Of a stretch of DNA of 64,000 nucleotides, positions 37,646-48,109 are shown in pieces. A model generated the notes under the pieces. It saw nothing but the letters and a program-made list of their open reading frames with translations. It was not told the DNA's origin and ran no database searches. The position numbers and the translations under genes were made by a program. The stretch comes from Elusimicrobiota bacterium (GTDB taxonomy: Bacteria; Elusimicrobiota; Elusimicrobia; F11), in the NCBI GenBank assembly GCA_044221725.1, contig JBGAON010000001.1:576001-640000 (forward strand). Direction: 5' to 3'. Numbering within the stretch: position 1 is the first letter of the stretch; each line of letters starts with the position of its first letter.

Positions 37646-38839
37646 ATGAGGATTCCCGCATTTGTCGTTTGTTCCGCGCTGCTTTTGACCTCCGTTGCGC
37701 TCGCGGCCAGCGAGCAAATTCCTCCGTTGCCTGGGTATGTGGTTCATTTCGATTTTTTTGAAAACGAGCAGGAAGGAAAAGATCTCATCCATTTCGCGAA
37801 GAGTGCCGGCGCTAAGGTCATAAACCTCGTCCCGCCGGCTCACGTCTGGGAACGCCCCGACGTTTTGTCCGTGTTGGACAACCTTGTTCAATACATTGCG
37901 GATTCGGATCTCAAGTTGGTTATCACACGCATTGACGCTTCGTACCTTCCCGACCGCCACGGTCGACGCGAAAACTACCTTTACAAGAATATTTTGAATC
38001 GGCCCGGCGTCCTTTCCGATGGGCGAGCGACAAACAGTTGGTTTCTCTCGACGGTGGGCGTTCAATCCTACGATCAATGGATGGAAGACGAAACCCGGTT
38101 CTATGCGAAGCGCTACAGTTACTTGTTGAATTTGATTGGGTTTAATCTCGGACCGTTTAGCGAACCGTTTGTTTCCCAGCGCGGAGGATTTCTTCAGTAC
38201 GACGCAACAACAGGGTTCTATGAATTAACACAATACACCGCCGAGGCCAAAGCGTTGTGCGGAACGTCGTCGCCGACGCGGCAGCAATTGGCGCGGACAA
38301 TAAATGATTGGTTCGTCGGGCGATACGAAGCCTGCCGGAAAATCTGGAAAACAGAATCCGACCGCAAAGATGTTCCGTTTATCCTGCAATTTAGCGGGTT
38401 TGATGAAGAGAAATTTAAGCTGGGCTATCCGGAATACGCGGCATTTAACCGGATGGATTGGGTGTCGCGCGCGGACGCGATCGGGCTATCAATTTACCTT
38501 AACGGAGGATACGCTGATTTGGGGCGGTCGTCGATTGAGGCGATGGTCCGCCATCTGCAGACGGATTATAATTTTCGTAAGCGCGTTTTTGTTCTGGAAG
38601 GCGGCGTCGAAAATCCAACACCGGTTTTTGACAAGGAAAATATCTCGTATTTCGCTACCATTGCGCTACCCCTAAAACCTGTCACTTATATTTACGAATT
38701 CTTAAAGGATCCTTTTTATGCAGATAACGAACCGAATTCCGGCCGCCTTCTCAAAAGCGATGGTACGCCACGCGCTGACCTTGTTCGTTTCCTAAAGAAA
38801 AAGATGAAAGATGTCCGCAAACGTGCAACGCCTACGTAA
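37646..38839 (+). CDS. Exported putative glycoside hydrolase (TIM-barrel, GH-A-like)
   Basis: Signal peptide; FSEP and FVLEGG are candidate catalytic Glu motifs; first gene of the polysaccharide operon; family not determined. Confidence 0.5.
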   Translation: MRIPAFVVCSALLLTSVALAASEQIPPLPGYVVHFDFFENEQEGKDLIHFAKSAGAKVINLVPPAHVWERPDVLSVLDNLVQYIADSDLKLVITRIDASYLPDRHGRRENYLYKNILNRPGVLSDGRATNSWFLSTVGVQSYDQWMEDETRFYAKRYSYLLNLIGFNLGPFSEPFVSQRGGFLQYDATTGFYELTQYTAEAKALCGTSSPTRQQLARTINDWFVGRYEACRKIWKTESDRKDVPFILQFSGFDEEKFKLGYPEYAAFNRMDWVSRADAIGLSIYLNGGYADLGRSSIEAMVRHLQTDYNFRKRVFVLEGGVENPTPVFDKENISYFATIALPLKPVTYIYEFLKDPFYADNEPNSGRLLKSDGTPRADLVRFLKKKMKDVRKRATPT

Positions 38840-41800
38840 ACACCTCTCTGTTACTTTTCTTTCGATCCTATTTACGACCGCCGCGTTCGGTGCACCGACC
38901 TGGCTCGATTCGGTCTCGAAAGGACCATCGGTTCTCGTTCTGTACGACGGTCCGGATATCGAAAGCAACCCCGGTCGTCTCGACGCAAATTATCTCGCCA
39001 ATCTGCTCGGTCATTTCACAGCGCATCGATCGGTAAGGTCGCTCGACGCTTATACGCCGGGGGAACTTAAGGCGTTTGATGTCGTCTTCACAATCGTCTA
39101 TCAGAAGAAATACCGCGTCCCACAAAATTTTCTCAATGATGTGGCCACCGGCGGAAAGCCTTTTTGTTGGCTCGGCAACCAAGTGGGGCAGCTGAACCGC
39201 GTTGGAATGCTTGAACGTCACGGACTGAGATTTGATCGATTCTTTGAAAATTCTCCGGCGCGGAACGTTATCTATAAAAGCCGCACGCTCGTTAAAGGTG
39301 ATCCGGATATCAATCTGTTGAAGATCGTCGATTCGGCAAAGGTGAATGTTCTTGCGAATGCCACCGGCGCGAATGGGTGGACCGCGCCCTATATTTTGCG
39401 CGACCGAGATTTCTGGATTGTGACCGATTCACCGTTCTCTTATTCGAGCGAGAACGATCGGTATCTCGCGTTCGCCGACGTGTTGCATGACATTCTTGGT
39501 GTTAACCATCCAGAAGGCCATTCGGCGTTGCTTCGGCTTGAGGATCTGAATCCAATGTCGGACCCGGAGCAGCTGAACGCCATGTTGCGTGTCATTCGCT
39601 CGAATCGAATTCCGTTTTCGTTTGGCATGGTTCCTTTTTATGTGAATCCGGCGCAGCATCTGTTTGAACCGATGGGCGAACGTCCTCTTGTCGTGCAAGC
39701 ATTAAAAGACATGGTTGATGCCGGCGGTTCGCCAGTGTTGCATGGCGACACGCATCAATACCGCGGCGTGACGACAGACGACTACGAGTTTTGGGACAAC
39801 ATCGCCGATCGCGCGGTCAAGCGAGATTCCGATCCGTACGTCGTGCGAAAACTTGAAGACGCGCTTAAAGAATGCGTGCTCACGGAGCTTTACCCGGTCA
39901 CCTGGGAAACCCCGCATTATGCTGCATCGGCTCTCGACTACCACGTGTTCAAGCGATTTTTTGGCACCACGTACGAGCGTCGACTCACGTCCAATCGGTT
40001 GGGATCGGACCAGTTTTTCCCCTATCCCGTCATCGACATGACCGGCCAATTCGTGATTCCCGAAAGTCTTGGATATGTCCAAATCGAAAATCCGCGCGTG
40101 GAACCGCTGTTGGCGAACGCCGAAGCGGCGCTGGTTGTGCGCGACGGGTACGCAAGTTTTTTCTTCCATCCATTCCTTAAGCCACAGTTGCTAAACACGC
40201 TGATCAACGGCATTGAGAACATGGGTTACAAGTTCGTGAGCTTGGCCGAATTTCCGAACCGTGTGCAACACAAAGGCTATCTGACGACGAATGTGAACGG
40301 CGACTACACGCTGGGCGGAGATGGTCGGTACGTAACCGAAATCGTTCGGAGCAAAAAAGGAGGTGTCCTCAGCCAAAAAACGAAGGAAGTGTCACCCAAA
40401 GACCGTGTGCAACTGAAAGTGGTCCTACGGCCTGGCGAGACTTATGTGGCCTACCGGCACGCGGTTCGAGCGCCAAATTTGGTGGAGCGATTGTTCCGCT
40501 TGGCGAAAGGCGATCTGAGCGTGATCAATCAGCGTTGGGAAAATCTTTTTGCGTCCGAAGAGTTTCCCGAAGATCGCACGGTTGCGCTGTTCTGGAACGA
40601 TGCGGCCAAAGGCGACGAGGCGATTGATCAAAAAAGTTTTGACACGATGCTTCAGGTTGTTGGTTACGAGGTGAACCGGGTATCAATTCGCTCCATTCAG
40701 GATCAGGAAATTGGCAAGTTCTCACTGCTTGTGATACCGGCGGCATCCGCACGCCATCTGGGAGCGAAAGATGTGGAAGCGATCTACCGAGCGGTCGAGG
40801 CGGGGATTGTGCTTGTCACCGATGGGGAATCGGCATTGTCCAAAGCGCTTGGTTTCGAAATGGGCCACGACATTCGCGTAAATTTCGTCCAAAACCATTT
40901 GTTTCCCACGCAGGAACTGCGCTGGCCCGACACTCCGTCCGTGCCATGGATTGCTCACGTTTCCGATGAGAACGATGTCGTTTTGTTCTCGGAACGGGAG
41001 GATCAGAGGCCGCTCGTTGTAAATCGTTCGCTCGGCGAAGGCCGTGTGCTCTTTTTCGCGCCGTACTTTGATGCCTTGTCGGGTGAGGGATACAGTCGTT
41101 TTCCGGATGTGCCGTATCTGCTCGTAAACGAGTTTCGCGTGCGGCCCATTTTGCGACGCGCCGCGGCCGAGGCCTATTTTGATCCAGGATATCGGCAAAA
41201 TATCAGTGTTGAACAGCTCGGGCGCTATTGGCGCAAGTACGGAATTCGGGTCATTCACGTGGCGGCGTGGCATTTTTACGACAAGTATTCGTACGATTAC
41301 GAACGACTGATTCGTGTCGCCCATCAAAACGGAATTCTCGTGTACGCGTGGTTCGAGTGGCCGCACGTGAGCCAAAAATTTTGGAATCAGCACCCGGAGT
41401 GGCGCGAAAAGAACGCGCTGTTGGCCGACGCGCACCTGGATTGGCGTTACTTAATGAATTTTCAGAACCCAAAATGCTTTGAGGCCGTGGTCGGCGATGC
41501 GAAACTATTGCTTTCAAAGCTCGATTGGGACGGCGTAAACCTCGCGGAGTTTCATTTTGAGGCGGGTTCTTCACCGCAGGATGCCAGCAAATTTACGCCG
41601 CTTAACAACGAATCGCGTGCATTGTTCGAAAAAGAATACGGTTTTGATCCACTCGAGCTTTGGAAAAATGGATCGCCAAATTCTTTGACGACAAACGACG
41701 CTGCGTTGCAAAAATTTTACGCGTTCCGCAAAGATCAAAATCACATTTTATTTCGCAAGATTGCCAGGGAACTGCAGCAGGTTCGGAACGATAAATCAAA

Positions 41801-42824
41801 ATCGCTCGAGTTTGTCGTAACAATGTTTGATGTGTTTGGTCATCCACAGTTGTCGAATCGCTTGGCAATCGACGGGCCGCGCACGCTCGATGTGATCAAC
41901 ACTATGCACGCGACGCTGCAAGTGGAAGATCCGGCCGTTGAATGGTCAAAAACGCCGGACCGTTACGCGCGGCTTGGCGAACGCTACCGCGCAATGAATC
42001 TAAAAAACCCGTTCATGATCGACATCAATGTGTTGGACGTTCATCCCTCCAATCAACCGGGTTTTGCGACGGCCGTACAGTCGGGCACCGAGCTTTTGCA
42101 ACTGTGGCAAGCGGCGTCGAAATACGCGCGTCGTGTCTGCCTTTATTCCGAATCCACGATCAGCGAATCCGACTGGGAGCTTTTGCCCTACACAATGGCC
42201 GCTGACGCGTCGGTCAATCGCGACGGAGACAATTGGATCGTGAACAGCGAGGATTCGGTCATTCTGGAACTTACGCGTCCTTTTAAACGCGTGTTTGTCG
42301 ATGATCGCCCGTGGTTTTGCGTCACCGGCCAATCGATTTTGCTGCCCGCCGGCGAGCATCGTGTTTCGCTTCAACCGAACCTGCGTTCATGGCTCGATAC
42401 GACGCAGTTGGAGACGCGACTTCTTTCTTTATCGGGCGAATTGCTAGGAAGTGAACCGCGCAAGCACGGACTTGAAGTGGAATACCGTTCAACGGGGCGC
42501 GCCGCGTTGCTTTTTAACAAACAGCCGTTGTTTACCTATGTGGATGACGAATCCATAAAACTGCCCACGATTAAAGGTCAAGACGGGTTTGTTGTTTTGG
42601 CGCCCGCCGGTCAGCACCGTTTGCGGATTGTGACGGAATCAAACTTTCTATTCTTTTTGAACTACACAAGCATGGTATCGGCGTCGTTAATTGTCATTTT
42701 TGGCGTGGCGTCTTCCGGGCTTTTGTTGCTGGCATTTGTTGCTATTAAAATTAGTCGCAAGACGCGGCCGATGCGTCGGAAGTTTCGACAAACGTTGTCC
42801 AAGGGGCCTATTAAAAAATCATGA
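38811..42824 (+). CDS. Large DUF2334 (YdaL-like) polysaccharide deacetylase fused to a putative glycoside-hydrolase-like barrel, with C-terminal TM anchor
   Basis: LRLEDL.P, LHGDTH, WETPHY and FFFHPF motifs; second half GILVYAW...WDGVNLAE. Confidence 0.7.
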   Translation: MSANVQRLRKHLSVTFLSILFTTAAFGAPTWLDSVSKGPSVLVLYDGPDIESNPGRLDANYLANLLGHFTAHRSVRSLDAYTPGELKAFDVVFTIVYQKKYRVPQNFLNDVATGGKPFCWLGNQVGQLNRVGMLERHGLRFDRFFENSPARNVIYKSRTLVKGDPDINLLKIVDSAKVNVLANATGANGWTAPYILRDRDFWIVTDSPFSYSSENDRYLAFADVLHDILGVNHPEGHSALLRLEDLNPMSDPEQLNAMLRVIRSNRIPFSFGMVPFYVNPAQHLFEPMGERPLVVQALKDMVDAGGSPVLHGDTHQYRGVTTDDYEFWDNIADRAVKRDSDPYVVRKLEDALKECVLTELYPVTWETPHYAASALDYHVFKRFFGTTYERRLTSNRLGSDQFFPYPVIDMTGQFVIPESLGYVQIENPRVEPLLANAEAALVVRDGYASFFFHPFLKPQLLNTLINGIENMGYKFVSLAEFPNRVQHKGYLTTNVNGDYTLGGDGRYVTEIVRSKKGGVLSQKTKEVSPKDRVQLKVVLRPGETYVAYRHAVRAPNLVERLFRLAKGDLSVINQRWENLFASEEFPEDRTVALFWNDAAKGDEAIDQKSFDTMLQVVGYEVNRVSIRSIQDQEIGKFSLLVIPAASARHLGAKDVEAIYRAVEAGIVLVTDGESALSKALGFEMGHDIRVNFVQNHLFPTQELRWPDTPSVPWIAHVSDENDVVLFSEREDQRPLVVNRSLGEGRVLFFAPYFDALSGEGYSRFPDVPYLLVNEFRVRPILRRAAAEAYFDPGYRQNISVEQLGRYWRKYGIRVIHVAAWHFYDKYSYDYERLIRVAHQNGILVYAWFEWPHVSQKFWNQHPEWREKNALLADAHLDWRYLMNFQNPKCFEAVVGDAKLLLSKLDWDGVNLAEFHFEAGSSPQDASKFTPLNNESRALFEKEYGFDPLELWKNGSPNSLTTNDAALQKFYAFRKDQNHILFRKIARELQQVRNDKSKSLEFVVTMFDVFGHPQLSNRLAIDGPRTLDVINTMHATLQVEDPAVEWSKTPDRYARLGERYRAMNLKNPFMIDINVLDVHPSNQPGFATAVQSGTELLQLWQAASKYARRVCLYSESTISESDWELLPYTMAADASVNRDGDNWIVNSEDSVILELTRPFKRVFVDDRPWFCVTGQSILLPAGEHRVSLQPNLRSWLDTTQLETRLLSLSGELLGSEPRKHGLEVEYRSTGRAALLFNKQPLFTYVDDESIKLPTIKGQDGFVVLAPAGQHRLRIVTESNFLFFLNYTSMVSASLIVIFGVASSGLLLLAFVAIKISRKTRPMRRKFRQTLSKGPIKKS

Positions 42825-44080
42825 TCTCGTCGGTGGTTATAGAAATATTGTTCATTGTGAGTGTTATCTTCATTTGGCTCATGCTGGTGTACCAGTTTGT
42901 TTTGTGTACCGCTGGCTTCCTATACAGTCAAGATGCGGCCCGGGAGAAACGGCGGTTGGATGCGCGTCCGCTGAACGTCGACGGCGTGTCAATCTTAATT
43001 CCAGCGCACAACGAAGAAATCGTTATTGAAGAAACCGTAAAAAGTTTGTTTGCGCTCGATTATCCGAAGGGCAAGCTGGAAGTGTTCGTGATTGACGATG
43101 CATCAACCGACCGTACACCGGAAATTTTGGACGAACTCACGAAAAAATTCAGCGGTCTTCGCGTGCTGCACATTCCGAAAGGCGAAGGGGGAAAAGGAAA
43201 GGCGGCCGCACTGAATCGCGCGATTCCGCTGACCAAGTACGAGCTCATTGCGATCTTTGATGCGGACAACCAACCGGAACCGCGATCGCTCAAGTATCTT
43301 GCGGCGCAATTCGTGCTCGATCCAACGTTGGGCGCGGCGCTCGGAAAATTTCGGACGTTAAACAAAAATAAGAACATTCTCACGAGGTTCATCAACATCG
43401 AAGGTTTAAGTTTTCAATGGATTGTTCAGGCGGGTCGCTGGAAGTTGCTAAAGATCGCCACGCTTTCGGGAACAAACTTTATTATTCGTAAAAAAGTGCT
43501 CGAAGATGTGGGCGGATGGGACATGGAAGCGTTAACCGAAGACGCTGAAATTTCGCTGCGCATTCTCGAAGAGGGGTATCACATAAAATTTGTTCCATAC
43601 GCGGTCACGTGGGAACAAGAGCCGGAGAATCTGAGCACGTGGTTTCGCCAGCGCGTTCGCTGGGCCCGTGGCAACTTTTATTTGATGAGGAAATTTCTGT
43701 CCAGCATTGGCCGGGCGAAAAACAAGGCGCTCGCGACCGAGATGATTTACTTTTTGGCGCTTTATTACGTATTTGTTGGGGCGCTGATGATTTCCACGTT
43801 GCTATTTTTGTTGGGCCTGTTTAGTGTGATTTTTATTCAGGTTCCGGGCCCGTATCTTGAAGTCTGGTTATTGGCTTACTCGCTGTTCGTTTCTGAGATC
43901 ATGATTATGTTATCGCGCGAGGAGCACGAAGATTCGATTTCGAATATTTTCTTTACGATGGCCACGTACTTTACGTATTCGCAGTTATGGCCTTTTGTTG
44001 TGGCGCGCGCGTTCTATCTCGAATACATTAAGAAAACGGAACGCAAGTGGGACAAAACGCGTCGCTTCGCGCAGTCGTAG
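42821..44080 (+). CDS. Processive GT2 polysaccharide synthase (YdaM/IcaA-like)
   Basis: IPAHNEE, DD.STD, KA.ALN, DAD, TED, QRVRW and TM helices. Confidence 0.9.
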   Translation: MISSVVIEILFIVSVIFIWLMLVYQFVLCTAGFLYSQDAAREKRRLDARPLNVDGVSILIPAHNEEIVIEETVKSLFALDYPKGKLEVFVIDDASTDRTPEILDELTKKFSGLRVLHIPKGEGGKGKAAALNRAIPLTKYELIAIFDADNQPEPRSLKYLAAQFVLDPTLGAALGKFRTLNKNKNILTRFINIEGLSFQWIVQAGRWKLLKIATLSGTNFIIRKKVLEDVGGWDMEALTEDAEISLRILEEGYHIKFVPYAVTWEQEPENLSTWFRQRVRWARGNFYLMRKFLSSIGRAKNKALATEMIYFLALYYVFVGALMISTLLFLLGLFSVIFIQVPGPYLEVWLLAYSLFVSEIMIMLSREEHEDSISNIFFTMATYFTYSQLWPFVVARAFYLEYIKKTERKWDKTRRFAQS

Positions 44081-44081
44081 C

Positions 44082-45521
44082 TTAGAAGTCGACTCCCAGT
44101 TCCTTCGCAAGCGTTGGGGCAATAATTTCGTTTGTGGTTGGTTTTTCGTTGAGCGTTGCACCAAAACCTTTTCCGTAGAAAAAAAGTGGTACCGCAGCAT
44201 CGTAATCGTAGGTCGATCCGTGGCTCGTGCCCGAAACCTTTTCTGTGACGAGAACGCCTTCCTTCATGCGGAAAGTTAAGTCGCCCGATCGTCCGGGGCA
44301 GTTGCTACGCTGAAATGTGTTGCTGAACTTGTCTTGTTGGATAAGCGGATTGTTTAAATACACCATCTCAACGTCGGGCAACGTTTTCATTTCGGTCTGA
44401 ATTCGCAGCAAGAAACTTCCCCAGTCCAATTTCTTTTGTTGAACCAATTCTTTGTTGAAATAAATATCCGGGAATGAAACCCGCATGATCCATTTTGTAC
44501 CGGGGGCGGGATAAATACTTTGGCACAACGTTTCGAGTCTGCGCGAAAATTCGGCCACGAGGATGCGTTTGGCTCCCATGCGGCGACCCTCGATACTTTC
44601 GGGAATCGGTAGAACGCCGTGATCGGACGTGAGCGCCAACACAAAATTGCCGGCCGTCTTCTTCGAAATTACTGCGATCAGCTCGTTCAGCATCTGGTCG
44701 AGTGCCAATATTTGCTCGCGCATCTGTCCGCCGTTCGGCCCGTACAAATGGCCAATGTAATCGGTCGCCGAAAAACTGACCGCGAGAAGATCGGAATGAT
44801 CGTCTTCTCCGAGATGTTTTTCTTCAAGCGCATTTTTCGCTAGTTCGAACGTGGCACGGTCGGTGGAAAATGAAGCGGGATTGAGCGGAAGGGGATGGTT
44901 GGCATTAAATTTATCAAGCCAGGCCGAAACACTTGGGTACGCTTTTGACGACACAAATCCTTTCGCTTTCTTGTTGTACCACACCACGGCGTCCGCTTTC
45001 TTCCCGCCCAGCATGATAGCCGCCCGATCTTTATAAGAAATCGCAACGACCGTGGCGCTGGAGTCTGTTGTCTTTAACGCGTCCCCCAACGTCAACCCGC
45101 GTAACTGACCTGGACCCATTTCGAAATCTGGGTCGTCAATTGAGAGCACCGTTTTTCCGGTCGATCGATCGAACCAATCATTTCCAATAATGCCGTGCAC
45201 GCTCGGTGGTTGGCCGGTGATAATCGTCGCGTGGCCGGGCGCGGTTTCGGTCGGGACGTGATTCAGTTTCGCGTGCGTGTATTGCGTGCCTCTTGTCCCC
45301 AGCGCGCGAAAGCCGCCGGTGAAATCTTTCGCGTAGCGGTCGAGATAATCGGCCCGGAATTGGTCGATGACGACGATCACGGCGAGGCGGGGGGCGGCGT
45401 GGAGCGTCGAGCAGAAGAATAAAAAGAAGGCGAACAACCGTATTCCCTCTCCCTTTAGGGAGAGGGGGCCCGAAGGGCGGGTGAGGGAAGGCGGTAAAGA
45501 AAAGGAAAGTTTGTTGGTCAT
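44082..45521 (-). CDS. Alkaline phosphatase superfamily protein (PafA-like phosphatase/phosphodiesterase)
   Basis: VIDQFR.DY, T.TAPGHA.I (Thr nucleophile), KDRAA, D..GH.YGP, TSDHG, HG..Y.YD. Confidence 0.85.
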   Translation of the reverse strand: MTNKLSFSLPPSLTRPSGPLSLKGEGIRLFAFFLFFCSTLHAAPRLAVIVVIDQFRADYLDRYAKDFTGGFRALGTRGTQYTHAKLNHVPTETAPGHATIITGQPPSVHGIIGNDWFDRSTGKTVLSIDDPDFEMGPGQLRGLTLGDALKTTDSSATVVAISYKDRAAIMLGGKKADAVVWYNKKAKGFVSSKAYPSVSAWLDKFNANHPLPLNPASFSTDRATFELAKNALEEKHLGEDDHSDLLAVSFSATDYIGHLYGPNGGQMREQILALDQMLNELIAVISKKTAGNFVLALTSDHGVLPIPESIEGRRMGAKRILVAEFSRRLETLCQSIYPAPGTKWIMRVSFPDIYFNKELVQQKKLDWGSFLLRIQTEMKTLPDVEMVYLNNPLIQQDKFSNTFQRSNCPGRSGDLTFRMKEGVLVTEKVSGTSHGSTYDYDAAVPLFFYGKGFGATLNEKPTTNEIIAPTLAKELGVDF

Positions 45522-45562
45522 CTTTCCCTCACCCTGCCCTCTCCCTAAAGGGAGAGGGGATA
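45440..45562. repeat. Gene-less inverted doublet of the DUF559-flanking repeat
   Basis: 45440-45466 is identical to 18240-18266; 45522-45562 is nearly identical to 18614-18655. Confidence 0.9.
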
Positions 45563-45577
45563 TAAATTGAGAACCGT

Positions 45578-46192
45578 TTAATATTTGACCGAGCAGCCGT
45601 AGGATTGCGTGATCGGTGTTGAAACTTTCTTGCCGCTGGTGATTTCTGTGAGCGCAGCGTCGACGTAGTTCTTTGCGCCTTTTATGTCGGCGACTTTGGT
45701 GCTGCGTTTGTCGTCGATCGCACCTTTGTAGACGAGGTTTCCGCTCGCGTCGATCACGAACATGTGTGGCGTGGTTTTTGCGTCGTAGGATTTACCGGTG
45801 GTTCCGTTCTCGTCGATGAGAAACGCCGTGGGCGCCGCCTTTTCGCTGGCAATCGCTTTGTTCCATTCGGCCGGTGTCACGTTGCCTTCTTTTCCTTTGG
45901 CCGATGAATTGATCGAGAGCCACACAACTCCTTTGTCGGTCCATTTCTTCTGGAGCGCCTGCATGTTGCCGCTGTCGTAATGTTTCCGCACGAACGGGCA
46001 ACTGAAATTCGTCCACTCGAGCACGACGGTTTTGCCTCTGTATTCGGAAAGAGAATGCGGTTTGCCATTCGTGTCGATCAGAGTAAAGTCCGGTGCTTTT
46101 GCGCCAATTTCGGGAACCTCGGCGCGAACGCCGGCGGCGAACAACACGGACGACATTAAAAACATAGACATGGTTTGTTTCATTTTGCGCAT
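45578..46192 (-). CDS. Exported AhpC/TSA-like redoxin
   Basis: AP.FTL.D, W.N..CPFV, TTPH.FV, C-terminal GCSVKY. Confidence 0.85.
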   Translation of the reverse strand: MRKMKQTMSMFLMSSVLFAAGVRAEVPEIGAKAPDFTLIDTNGKPHSLSEYRGKTVVLEWTNFSCPFVRKHYDSGNMQALQKKWTDKGVVWLSINSSAKGKEGNVTPAEWNKAIASEKAAPTAFLIDENGTTGKSYDAKTTPHMFVIDASGNLVYKGAIDDKRSTKVADIKGAKNYVDAALTEITSGKKVSTPITQSYGCSVKY

Positions 46193-46204
46193 GGGAAAAA
46201 CTCC

Positions 46205-48109
46205 TTATTTGATTTTCGAAATAGCATCCAAAACAATTTGCTGTGTGAGCACATCCGGAAGCGGGGAAGGCGCGCTGCTTGGATCCGACGGATAGAACAC
46301 ATAAAAGGGTACGCCGTTTCTTCCGAATTGTTCGAGCGCCTTCGTAATTTTCTCGTCGTGCGACGTCCAGTCGCCTTTTAAAAGCGTTACATTTTTTTCG
46401 CGAAACGCCTTTTGCACGTTGTCGGTGTTGAGAATAAGTCTTTCGTTCACTTGGCACGTGAGGCACCACGCGGCAGAAAAATCCACGAACACAGGGCGTC
46501 CATGGGCGCGCTCGTCTTGAATGCGTTCTTCCGAATAAACCTGCCATTGTTCGGACGCGGTCGATTTGTGGCTCAGTTGCAGTGACAGCACCCACGCGAG
46601 CCACGCGGCCGTGCCCAAAAGCAGAATACCCATGATTCTTTTTAATTTGATCATCCACGGGCCCGGCTTTGGAACAAACTTCAAAAACACCGGGAACGCC
46701 GAAAGAACAATGTAGGGGAAGGCCATGCCAACGCCAAGCGACGTAAAGATTGCTATCGCTGCGGGCCAACTCTGTGTCAGCGCGAAGCCGAGCGCCGACC
46801 CCATGAAAGGGGCCGTGCACGGTGTCGCCACAATTGTCGCGAGCACACCGTTTAGATAGGACCCGAAATAACCGGTGGCGGAATTTGTGTCGGCTAGTCT
46901 TAAAAAAGAGGTGCCCACCTCGAACAATCCCATCATGTTGAGGCCGAGAAAAACAAAAAGCATCGCTAGCCCGCCCACAATGTACGGATTTTGAAGTTGA
47001 AAGCCCCAGCCAAGTTGGGCCCCGCCCGCACGGAAGAGCAACAGTGCGCCGGACAAAAGCCAGAACATATTGACGATTCCGAGAGAGAACACAAGCGCGT
47101 GCAGCAGCGCGTGACGCGAGCCGCTTTTCGCGTGCGACACAAAGCCGAGCACCTTGATGGAGAGTACCGGCAACACGCACGGCATGAGATTGAGAATGAG
47201 GCCACCAACGAACGAGAACACCAGCGCGAAGAGAAACGAAATGTTGGTCGTGGGAGCGCTCAGCGGTTTCGGGGCCACGACTGGCACGTCAATGGCCAAA
47301 GCGGTTTCCGTGGGCACACCGCGCCACCCGGAAGTATTGATGAGCACACCGCGCAACTGTTTGGCGGTTTCGGTCGACGCTTCCGACTTCACGAGTTCAA
47401 GCGCGTACGCGCTGTCCGATTTTTCGAAGGTTTGCGGTGCGGCGTACGCGATCACGTCGGGATCCTCGGCAAAAAATGAAAGGTCGCTAGCGGCGAGTTT
47501 TGAGTTGGCCGGCGGTGTGACGAGAACGCGGTAGCCTTTGGACATCGCTTTGGCGGTGATGGACCATTCTGAATTCTCGAGTGGCCACTGGGCTCGCGTA
47601 TCGTTGAAGCGGGGCCCCCAGGTTTTGTCTTTCTTTGCGGGTTCAATTTTTATCGGAAGGGTTAATGCCACGTCTCCTTCGCCCGGAATACATTCCACTT
47701 CGCATTCGAGCCAATTGACGTGAGCGTTCAGCGTCACCGGTTTTGAATTGGTGACGACGCTGGGGGGCGTGATCGGAACCATCAGCAAAACGTCTTCTTC
47801 GTAGCCGTACACCACGACCGGCGGGACCATAAACTTTTTGGGGACCGGCCAACGAATTTCGCCCGCTTTGTATCCGTCGGGCAGTTTCCACTGAATCTGA
47901 GTGGCTTCGCCGGATTCGCCCGGATTTTTCCAGTACGTGTGCCAATGAGGCGCCATTTCGAGCCGGACGGCCACCCAGAATGGGGTGCCGGGTTGAATTG
48001 CGGTGTCCTCCGAAACGAGTGTCGCCTTTACGTGCCCTCCTATTTTCAGCGCGTGCGAAGACGGAACGCCGAGCAGCAGGATCAGCAGCAAAAATGAAAA
48101 TTTTTTCAT
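46205..48109 (-). CDS. DsbD/ScsB-type thiol-disulfide transporter
   Basis: WHTYWKNPG, CEVEC, PCVLP, TPCTAP, WCLTC. Confidence 0.9.
   Translation of the reverse strand: MKKFSFLLLILLLGVPSSHALKIGGHVKATLVSEDTAIQPGTPFWVAVRLEMAPHWHTYWKNPGESGEATQIQWKLPDGYKAGEIRWPVPKKFMVPPVVVYGYEEDVLLMVPITPPSVVTNSKPVTLNAHVNWLECEVECIPGEGDVALTLPIKIEPAKKDKTWGPRFNDTRAQWPLENSEWSITAKAMSKGYRVLVTPPANSKLAASDLSFFAEDPDVIAYAAPQTFEKSDSAYALELVKSEASTETAKQLRGVLINTSGWRGVPTETALAIDVPVVAPKPLSAPTTNISFLFALVFSFVGGLILNLMPCVLPVLSIKVLGFVSHAKSGSRHALLHALVFSLGIVNMFWLLSGALLLFRAGGAQLGWGFQLQNPYIVGGLAMLFVFLGLNMMGLFEVGTSFLRLADTNSATGYFGSYLNGVLATIVATPCTAPFMGSALGFALTQSWPAAIAIFTSLGVGMAFPYIVLSAFPVFLKFVPKPGPWMIKLKRIMGILLLGTAAWLAWVLSLQLSHKSTASEQWQVYSEERIQDERAHGRPVFVDFSAAWCLTCQVNERLILNTDNVQKAFREKNVTLLKGDWTSHDEKITKALEQFGRNGVPFYVFYPSDPSSAPSPLPDVLTQQIVLDAISKIK

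Noticed and set aside
45792..47180. 462-aa alternative-frame ORF
   Set aside because: Overlaps the DsbD/ScsB and redoxin genes on the same strand; Arg-rich with no motifs.
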